DNA from: Chthoniobacterales bacterium
GTDB taxonomy: Bacteria; Verrucomicrobiota; Verrucomicrobiia; Chthoniobacterales; UBA10450
Direction: 5' to 3'
Assembly: GCA_051003415.1 (NCBI GenBank)
Contig: JBPCLI010000015.1
Span: forward strand, 4,135-68,134
Length of the DNA: 64,000 bases
The notes under the pieces were generated by a model that was not told where the DNA came from, did not search any database, and worked only from the letters and a program-made list of their open reading frames with translations. This document shows, piece after piece, positions 57,877-64,000 of this stretch. Within the stretch, counting starts at the first letter, position 1, and every line of letters starts with the position of its first letter. The position numbers and the translations under genes are program-made.

Positions 57877-57966
57877 GGCAGGGACGTTTAGACGGCCCGC
57901 TCCGATCCGTCAATCACACACGAATCGCAGCTTCATTTCCGCGGCCGCCCACTCTATGCTCGCGCG

Positions 57967-58821
57967 ATGAGGGAGCACCATTTCCTGCGCGGGGCACGCG
58001 TCTACCTTTCCGGTCCGATGGACTTCGTGGCCTCGCGCGCGGACGAAAAGAAGCTCGGCTGGCGCAACCGGATCGGTGATTTCCTGCGCGCGCACGGCGC
58101 GATTGTTTTCGACCCGTGGTTCAAGCCGGGCGTGCGTGGCGCCCAGCAATACGGCCTGGAGGACATCAACACGATCGACGTGCGCGAGGAATGGACCTTC
58201 GAACAGGGCCAAGCCGGGGACGAGAAACGTTCGCACTGCGCCGAGAAGTTTTGGGAAACACTCCACATCGATTTGCGGATGGTGGACACGAGCGATTTCA
58301 CGATCGCCTTCGTGCCGACCAACATCTACAGCGTCGGCACAGTGCACGAGATCGTGCTCTCCCGCCTGCAGGTAAAGCCCGTGCTTTTCGTTAGTCCGCC
58401 AGTCACTTTTCCCGCGCTCGATCTTCTCCGGGCGCATCTCGAGCAGGCGAAAGATACCCACGCGCTGCAACTGCTCGATCGACTCACCTCGGATGTGCCG
58501 ATCAAGCCGAACCCTCGCGCCCTCCCCAGCCTTTGGTACATGCCGCTGGTCGGAAGCGGGAATTTTTTCGACGGCTTTGGTTTCGCGGGTTATCGCGAAA
58601 AATTCGGCTGGGCTGAGATCGCGATGGACGAGCGCGAGAACCTCCAGCCGCCGCAGAACCCGCTTCTCCCGTTTCTCGACCGGCTGACCCACGAACTGCC
58701 GCAGCGCTGGGACAACCGCCTGAAGAAATACGTGCCTAACGACGATTGGCTGCTCTGGGAACTCGACGAGCCCAAAGGCGGAGGCGCGGAAGTGCGACAG
58801 GTCCACGAGAGCGGAGGCTGA
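57967..58821 (+). CDS. Hypothetical protein, possibly nucleoside 2-deoxyribosyltransferase-like fold
   Basis: VYLSGPMD near the N-terminus and MVDTSDFTIAFVP...SVGTVHEIV resemble the NDT-like Rossmann pattern. Weak call. Confidence 0.4.
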   Translation: MREHHFLRGARVYLSGPMDFVASRADEKKLGWRNRIGDFLRAHGAIVFDPWFKPGVRGAQQYGLEDINTIDVREEWTFEQGQAGDEKRSHCAEKFWETLHIDLRMVDTSDFTIAFVPTNIYSVGTVHEIVLSRLQVKPVLFVSPPVTFPALDLLRAHLEQAKDTHALQLLDRLTSDVPIKPNPRALPSLWYMPLVGSGNFFDGFGFAGYREKFGWAEIAMDERENLQPPQNPLLPFLDRLTHELPQRWDNRLKKYVPNDDWLLWELDEPKGGGAEVRQVHESGG

Positions 58822-58838
58822 TCTTGTAGCCGGGGTAG

Positions 58839-60077
58839 TTGACCCCGGCAGGAACTGTCGTGAGTTCGAGCGCCAACACCACCGGAGTCAACGACCGCGG
58901 CTACAACCAGCAGCGCTACGACGTCATTGTCATCGGCGCCGGTGCCGCCGGTCTGATGTGCGCCTTCACTGCCGGACGGCGCGGGCGCCGCGTCGCTCTC
59001 CTCGAATGCAACGCCCGGGTCGGACTCAAGATCGCAATCTCGGGCGGCGGCCGATGTAATTTCACAAATCTTTTCGCCACGCAGGAAAATTACCTTTCCG
59101 GCAACCCGCGTTTCTGCGCCTCGGCTCTCGCCCGTTACCAGCCGCAGGATTTCATCGCCCTCGTCGAGAAACACCGCATCCCGTATCACGAGAAAAAGCT
59201 CGGCCAATTGTTCTGCGACTCCAGTTCGCGTCAGATCGTCGAGATGCTGCTCGCGGAATGCGCCATCGCCGAGGTCGATATCCGCTGCAGTTGCCGGGTC
59301 GAGACGGTCGATAAACGCGCGCGCTTTTCGTTAGGCACGAATCGCGGGGAACTCGAATGCGACTCGCTCGTCATCGCGACCGGCGGCCTTTCGCTCCCTC
59401 GCCTGGGCGCTTCCGATCTCGGTTACCGAATCGCCGAGCAATTCGGGCTTAAGTTGACGGAGACTCGCCCGGGCCTGGTTCCCCTCACCTTTTCGGAAGA
59501 TGAGCGGGAGTTATTCGCGCCGCTGAGCGGAGTGTCTCTCCCGGTCGTGGCCCGCGCGAACGGCGCATCATTTGCGGAGGCGATGCTCATCACGCATCGC
59601 GGCGTGAGCGGGCCCGCGATTCTGCAGGTTTCTTCTTATTGGCGGGAGGCAAAGAGTCTGACGCTCGATCTCCTGCCGGAGCATCCCGGGGCGGAGTGGC
59701 TGCTCGCACAACGCGAAACGAAAACGACCGTCGAAGATTTACTCGCGCGGGAATGGCCGGCACGGTTCGCCTCGAAGTGGTGTGCTCGTTACGCCCCGCC
59801 CAAACGGTTGCAGCAAACGCGCACCGCCGAGCTCGAGCAAGTCGCTCGGCTCATTCACCAGTGGCCGCTTTGGCCGGAGGGCACGGAAGGTTATCCCAAA
59901 GCCGAGGTGACCGTGGGCGGCGTGGAGACCGGTGAATTGTCTTCCAAAACGATGGAGGTGCGACGGGTGCCCGGCCTTTATTTCATCGGCGAAGTGGTGG
60001 ACGTGACCGGCTGGCTCGGCGGCTATAATTTCCAGTGGGCCTGGGCGAGCGGGCACGCGGCGGGTGAAGTTGCCTAA
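58839..60077 (+). CDS. HI0933/BaiN-family FAD-dependent oxidoreductase
   Basis: YDVIVIGAGAAGLMCA, GLKIAISGGGRCNFTN, C-terminal DVTGWLGGYNFQWAWASG. The exact start is uncertain (non-ATG at 58839). Confidence 0.85.
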   Translation: MTPAGTVVSSSANTTGVNDRGYNQQRYDVIVIGAGAAGLMCAFTAGRRGRRVALLECNARVGLKIAISGGGRCNFTNLFATQENYLSGNPRFCASALARYQPQDFIALVEKHRIPYHEKKLGQLFCDSSSRQIVEMLLAECAIAEVDIRCSCRVETVDKRARFSLGTNRGELECDSLVIATGGLSLPRLGASDLGYRIAEQFGLKLTETRPGLVPLTFSEDERELFAPLSGVSLPVVARANGASFAEAMLITHRGVSGPAILQVSSYWREAKSLTLDLLPEHPGAEWLLAQRETKTTVEDLLAREWPARFASKWCARYAPPKRLQQTRTAELEQVARLIHQWPLWPEGTEGYPKAEVTVGGVETGELSSKTMEVRRVPGLYFIGEVVDVTGWLGGYNFQWAWASGHAAGEVA

Positions 60078-60079
60078 CG
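60072..60079. repeat. Exemplar copy of the hyper-abundant 8-mer (GCCTAACG) supplying both convergent stop codons
   Basis: TAA of 58839..60077 (60075-77) and TAG of 60074..60988 on the minus strand (60074-76) overlap inside one motif copy. Confidence 0.95.
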
Positions 60080-60988
60080 AATCCCATCGGACTCTTTTTC
60101 CCGCGCTGCGCGCGCGTGCTTCATCGGCATGATCTTCCTTCCGTGCCGCCGGGCATAGACCTGAGTGAACTCCGCGCCAAAAAAACTGATTAGAGCGGAG
60201 TAATAAATCCACACGAGAAGGACGGCGAAGGAGCCGGCCGCCCCAAAGGCGCTCCCGATCGCGGCGTGACCGAGATAGACGCTGATCAGATATTTCCCTC
60301 CGTTGAAAAGAAGGGATGTGACCACGGCGCCGATCCAGACGTCGCGCCAGCCGATCTCCACGTCGGGAAGATATTTGTAGATCATGGCGAAAAGGATCGC
60401 GACCACGATGAGGGAAATGACGATGTTCCCCGCCTGCCAGAGCCATGGAAAGCTCGGCATCCAGTTCGTCATGTAGTCCTGCAACGCGCTCAGCGCAGCG
60501 CTCAGGACGAGAGAGACAAGCAGTAAAAATCCGACTCCGAGCGCGATCGAAAACGACCGCAATCGATCGACGATGTAATCGAGGACGAGCCCCCGCCGCA
60601 CTTGCACCTGGACGTTCCAAATCGCATTCAGGGCCGACTGAAGTTCCGCGAAAACGACCGAGGCGCCGAGGATGAGCATGACGATACCAATCGTAATCGC
60701 CCAGGCCCCCTTGCCAATCCCAGCAGACGACTCGAGCACGGTTCGGATAGCACTGGCGCCCTGTTCGCCGAGGAGCCGCTGCAGTTCGTTGACGACGCGA
60801 TTGATGGCGGTCTCGCGCGCGAAGAAAAGGCTGGCCCCGCCAACCGCGATCAGGAGGACGGGCGCGACGGAGAAAATCGTGTAAAAAGCCAGCGCAGCGG
60901 CGAGGCGAAAGGTGTTGTCGTTCCACCATTCGGTCCCGGCGTTCCTCAGTAGCATCCACGCTTCGTGTAGTTTGTTTTCGTTTTCCAT
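60074..60988 (-). CDS. YihY/BrkB-family membrane protein
   Basis: WWNDNTFRLAAALAFYTIFSVAPVLLIAV and six TM helices. Confidence 0.85.
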   Translation of the reverse strand: MENENKLHEAWMLLRNAGTEWWNDNTFRLAAALAFYTIFSVAPVLLIAVGGASLFFARETAINRVVNELQRLLGEQGASAIRTVLESSAGIGKGAWAITIGIVMLILGASVVFAELQSALNAIWNVQVQVRRGLVLDYIVDRLRSFSIALGVGFLLLVSLVLSAALSALQDYMTNWMPSFPWLWQAGNIVISLIVVAILFAMIYKYLPDVEIGWRDVWIGAVVTSLLFNGGKYLISVYLGHAAIGSAFGAAGSFAVLLVWIYYSALISFFGAEFTQVYARRHGRKIMPMKHARAAREKESDGIR

Positions 60989-61109
60989 CTCTCTTTCTGA
61001 ATCGCGACCGCTGCCGCAAAAAGTTTTGCCGAAGCAGAATTTCTGCCTAACGATTCCACGACGAATCGCGACGCCCAGCCAGAATTTGTCAGAGCGCTCC
61101 CGCGAGCGG

Positions 61110-61826
61110 ATGATCGAGGGATTGATGAAGACTTGGATCGGAACCTCGGGTTTCCAATACAGCGAATGGAAAGGCAGCTTCTATCCGGAGGATATGGCCG
61201 CGGCGAAGATGTTGCCCTATTTCGCGGAGCGCCTTTCGACGACGGAAATTAATTACACCTTCCACCGCATCCCGTCGCCCAAGACGATCGATAATTGGCT
61301 GGCACAGACGCCGGACAACTTTCGTTTCGCGCTCAAGGCGCCGCAGAAAATCACGCACTTCGCGAAGCTGCGCGATTGCCAGGACACGATCAGTTATTTT
61401 TACCGAGTGGTTTCTGCGCTCGGCGATCGCCTCGGACCGGTCCTCTTCCAGCTTCCGCCGAATTTCAAAAAGGACGCCGAAGTCCTGAGTGCGTTTCTGC
61501 GCGAATTGCCGGCGATGCGGGCGGCTTTTGAATTTCGCCACCCCTCCTGGCTGGACGAAGAAATTTTCGGCCTCCTGCGCTCGCACAAGGTGGCCCTTTG
61601 CCTCGCCGACACGGAAAAGCTGGCCGCGCCTACGGCCGTGACGGCAGACTATGGTTATCTCCGGCTCCGGCGCGAAGATTACACCGCCGACGATGTCGCG
61701 CGCTGGACGGACTTCGTTAGGGGAAAAGAAGCGAACTGGCAGGACGCATTTGTTTATTTCAAACACGAGGAAGCGGGGATCGGCCCGAAGCTGGCCGGGC
61801 AAATGATCGGGCTGCTCACAAGGTGA
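61110..61826 (+). CDS. DUF72 domain protein
   Basis: WIGTSGFQYSEWKGSFYPE, EINYTFHRIPS, LGPVLFQLPPNF, FEFRHPSW. The start could be at 61110 or 61125. Confidence 0.85.
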   Translation: MIEGLMKTWIGTSGFQYSEWKGSFYPEDMAAAKMLPYFAERLSTTEINYTFHRIPSPKTIDNWLAQTPDNFRFALKAPQKITHFAKLRDCQDTISYFYRVVSALGDRLGPVLFQLPPNFKKDAEVLSAFLRELPAMRAAFEFRHPSWLDEEIFGLLRSHKVALCLADTEKLAAPTAVTADYGYLRLRREDYTADDVARWTDFVRGKEANWQDAFVYFKHEEAGIGPKLAGQMIGLLTR

Positions 61827-62524
61827 TGGAAGAAATTGCGGCCAATCTTGGGCGAGTGCTGGGACAGATCTCAGATGCGGCACAGAAGAGCAGTCGTGCC
61901 GCAGATAAAATTGAACTTGTTGCCGTCTCGAAGACGCACCCCGCCGAGAAAGTGCAGGCCGCATTCGAAGCTGGACAATCGCTTTTCGGCGAGAACCGGG
62001 TCCAGGAAGCGCGGGCCAAGATTCCCCTGCTGCCGTCGCGCCTGCGCTGGCATTTCATTGGTCACCTGCAGAAAAACAAAATCCGGCACGCCCTTCCGCT
62101 CTTTGAAATGTTTCACGGAATCGACTCGCTCGCCCTCGCTCAAGACATACAGCGCATCGCCGACGAGGACGGGATGCAGCCACGGATCTTGCTCGAGGTC
62201 AACGTCGCTGGCGAAGCAAGCAAACACGGGTTCACGCCCGAAGGTGTGCACCGCGACCTGGAAGCCGTCTTGTCGTTAGGCCGGTTGACCGTCGAAGGCC
62301 TGATGACGATCCCGCCGCTCGCGCCGGAAGCGGAAGCGTCGCGCCGGTATTTCGTAGCCTTGCGCAAATTGCGCGATCAACTGGAAGCGGATTTCGGGAT
62401 CAGTCTGCCGCGCCTTTCAATGGGAATGAGCGGCGATTACGCGATCGCGATCGAAGAAGGAGCCACTCTCGTGCGTGTGGGGACGGCGATTTTTGGCGAG
62501 CGCTCGCGCCGCGGGCAGGAGTAA
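61823..62524 (+). CDS. yggS: YggS-family pyridoxal-phosphate homeostasis protein
   Basis: LVAVSKTHP (PLP Lys), FGENRVQE, HFIGHLQKNK, SMGMSGDY. Confidence 0.9.
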   Translation: MMEEIAANLGRVLGQISDAAQKSSRAADKIELVAVSKTHPAEKVQAAFEAGQSLFGENRVQEARAKIPLLPSRLRWHFIGHLQKNKIRHALPLFEMFHGIDSLALAQDIQRIADEDGMQPRILLEVNVAGEASKHGFTPEGVHRDLEAVLSLGRLTVEGLMTIPPLAPEAEASRRYFVALRKLRDQLEADFGISLPRLSMGMSGDYAIAIEEGATLVRVGTAIFGERSRRGQE

Positions 62525-62538
62525 GCCCGGGCCAGCGA

Positions 62539-63135
62539 ATGCAGAAGCTTTTCCTCGCCTCGCGCAACGCGCACAAGACCCGCGAACTGGCACAACTTCT
62601 CGGTCCGGATTTTGTGCTGGAGGATCTGCGGACTCATCCTGGGATCAGCGAAGTGCTCGAGGACGGCTCGACCTTCCTCGAAAATGCACAGCTCAAGGCA
62701 GCGACGATTTCGCGACAGATTCCCGGCCTGGTCCTGGCGGATGACTCAGGGCTGGAAGTCGATTCGTTAGGAGGAGCGCCAGGAATTTATTCAGCCCGCT
62801 ACGCCGGGGAAGGTGCGACGGATGAAACAAATCGGCGCCAGCTCCTCGCGGAATTGGATCGCCTTCCGGTTGAAACTTCGCGAGTGGCGTGCTTTCGTTG
62901 CGTCCTCGTGCTGGCTGAAGGAGGAAACGTCCTTTCAGCCTTCGCCGGCGCGGTCAGCGGACGAATCCTTCACACCGAGCGCGGTGACGCCGGTTTCGGC
63001 TACGATCCACTCTTCCAACCCGATGGATTCGAGAAAAGTTTCGCGGAACTTTGCGCCATGGAAAAGAACGTGGTTAGCCACCGCGGAGCAGCGGTAGATC
63101 AGTTGCGGCTTTTCCTAAAAGCCGCGCGCCATTAA
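62539..63135 (+). CDS. rdgB: RdgB/HAM1 non-canonical purine NTP pyrophosphatase
   Basis: LASRNAHKTRE, ADDSGLEVDSLGGAPGIYSARY, GFGYDPLF. Confidence 0.9.
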   Translation: MQKLFLASRNAHKTRELAQLLGPDFVLEDLRTHPGISEVLEDGSTFLENAQLKAATISRQIPGLVLADDSGLEVDSLGGAPGIYSARYAGEGATDETNRRQLLAELDRLPVETSRVACFRCVLVLAEGGNVLSAFAGAVSGRILHTERGDAGFGYDPLFQPDGFEKSFAELCAMEKNVVSHRGAAVDQLRLFLKAARH

Positions 63136-63146
63136 CTTCGGAAGCG

Positions 63147-63662
63147 CTACGGGGCCGGCGGTGGAGGTGGTGGGGGCGCTGGCGCACCGGGCGCGCCTGA
63201 CGCTGGCGGGGCACCGGGCGCGCCTGCTGCTCCTCCCGCGACATGCTTTATTTTGATTTCGTAGGCGACTTTCTCGATTCCTGCCGAGCGCACGCGATCG
63301 AGTAACTTCATCACCTCGCCGTGGAGCGCTTCCCTATCGGCGCTAACGAAGACCTTCACATTGGCGTTCCCCTTGTAAAGCGCGAAGAGTCGCGGCATCA
63401 CGTCACCGTCAGTCACCACTTCCTTATCGAAGTGGACGACGCCATCGGCATCCACAAACAAACTGACGTGGTCATGCGGGTCGGGGGTCGGCGTCGGCTG
63501 CGTCGGTGAAACGGACGATGGCAGGTTTGCGCGGATGCCTTTCATGTGCACCTGGCTTAGGCTCACCATCATGAAACTGGCCAGGAGGAAGAACATGATA
63601 TCGATCAGCGGGATGATCTCGATGCGCGCCCTTTTTTTTGGCACTGGCGAAGTCAGTCTCAT
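63147..63662 (-). CDS. exbD: ExbD/TolR-family biopolymer transport protein with Pro-rich tail
   Basis: RARIEIIPLIDIMFFLLASFMMVS TM segment and a periplasmic domain. The C-terminal tail is PPPPPPAP. Confidence 0.85.
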   Translation of the reverse strand: MRLTSPVPKKRARIEIIPLIDIMFFLLASFMMVSLSQVHMKGIRANLPSSVSPTQPTPTPDPHDHVSLFVDADGVVHFDKEVVTDGDVMPRLFALYKGNANVKVFVSADREALHGEVMKLLDRVRSAGIEKVAYEIKIKHVAGGAAGAPGAPPASGAPGAPAPPPPPPPAP

Positions 63663-63677
63663 AGCGGAAGGTGGAGT

Positions 63678-64000
63678 CTAAAGCTGGGCGCCTTGCAACG
63701 TATAGGTAATCGGCACATAGACCTTGTTATAAACGCCTGGCTTGCAACGCCAACGATGGAAGGTGTTGATGGTAGTCGCATCGAGAATCGCGCTCCCGGT
63801 GCTCTGGACGGCTGAGACGTCCGTGACATTGCCACCCGAATCAAAGGTTAACAGGAATTTACCGCTGCCAGTCTGCTTGCTCCGGCGCGCTTCGTAAGGG
63901 TAAACAGGGTGGGGCGCACTTACCATGTTAGCCTTAGCCGACACATAGTTAGCCGTCCCGCTGTAGGCCTGGCCTTTATTTGCTGCGACCTTCGGTCTCG
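63678..64000 (-). CDS. tonB: TonB-family protein, C-terminal domain (5' end outside window)
   Basis: The ORF is open to the right edge. PHPVYPYEARRSKQTGSGKFLLTFDSGGNVTDV is the TonB C-terminal pattern. It lies directly upstream of exbD. Confidence 0.75.
   Translation of the reverse strand, partial: RPKVAANKGQAYSGTANYVSAKANMVSAPHPVYPYEARRSKQTGSGKFLLTFDSGGNVTDVSAVQSTGSAILDATTINTFHRWRCKPGVYNKVYVPITYTLQGAQL

Noticed and set aside
1-64000. Interpretation of the abundant CGTTAGGC word as a Chi site or a KOPS/FtsK-orienting sequence
   Set aside because: Those signals are strongly strand-biased over tens of kb. Here the two orientations (about 30 versus 34) are interleaved throughout the window with no polarity. 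A single 64-kb window cannot exclude an ori/ter boundary, but no switch point is visible.
1-64000. GCGATCGC (HIP1-like palindrome) also looks frequent, with about 15 copies seen, for example near 305, 14927, 20046, 21322, 21944, 23528, 43674, 44285, 46535, 48547, 49285, 61426, 62446
   Set aside because: The enrichment is modest relative to about 2 expected. It is plausibly a by-product of high GC and frequent Ala-Ile-Ala / Arg-Ser codon pairs (GCG-ATC-GCx, CGA-TCG). It is not convincing without a Markov-model test.

Overview
High-GC (roughly 60 % by eye), gene-dense bacterial chromosomal segment with about 60 protein-coding genes on both strands. I found no rRNA, tRNA, CRISPR array or recognisable transposase or integrase. 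All product calls come from reading motifs in the supplied translations; no database search was possible. Housekeeping content: lepA-lepB, coaE-rho-rnd, a UbiD-family decarboxylase, cytochrome oxidase subunits III/IV, UDP-glucuronate decarboxylase, MoeB-like E1 with rhodanese, LptF/G, YggS, RdgB, ExbD/TonB, and a probable SRP RNA. Accessory content: (i) a pilM/N ... secretin cluster whose gene order and protein architectures match what I recall of the Akkermansia Amuc_1102-1098 (Amuc_1100) locus, which suggests a Verrucomicrobiota/PVC-type organism (inference). (ii) A halogen-themed neighbourhood: a Tat-exported vanadium-haloperoxidase-like protein, a ClC channel, a flavin-halogenase-like enzyme, and an MMPL + LolA-like + lipoprotein + GT2 + CADD/PqqC-like module. 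(iii) A tightly coupled five-gene C30-carotenoid-type operon (CrtN-like, AldH, CrtP-like, acyltransferase, GT2), with a squalene/phytoene-synthase-family gene 46 kb away. The most striking signal is at the DNA level. The 8-mer CGTTAGGC/GCCTAACG (usually TCGTTAGGC) occurs about 64 times exactly, plus many one-off variants, in both orientations, in several reading frames inside genes, in spacers, and as the stop codon of at least 10 genes. That is far above a chance expectation of about 2-3, and the density is like that of DNA-uptake sequences. Other observations: a REP-like double-hairpin element in two copies, a low-GC methyltransferase islet, and several decayed genes (ClC with an in-frame TAG, a frameshifted permease, a frameshifted and truncated flavoprotein reductase, and a multi-frameshift remnant). 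The decayed genes could equally reflect assembly errors.
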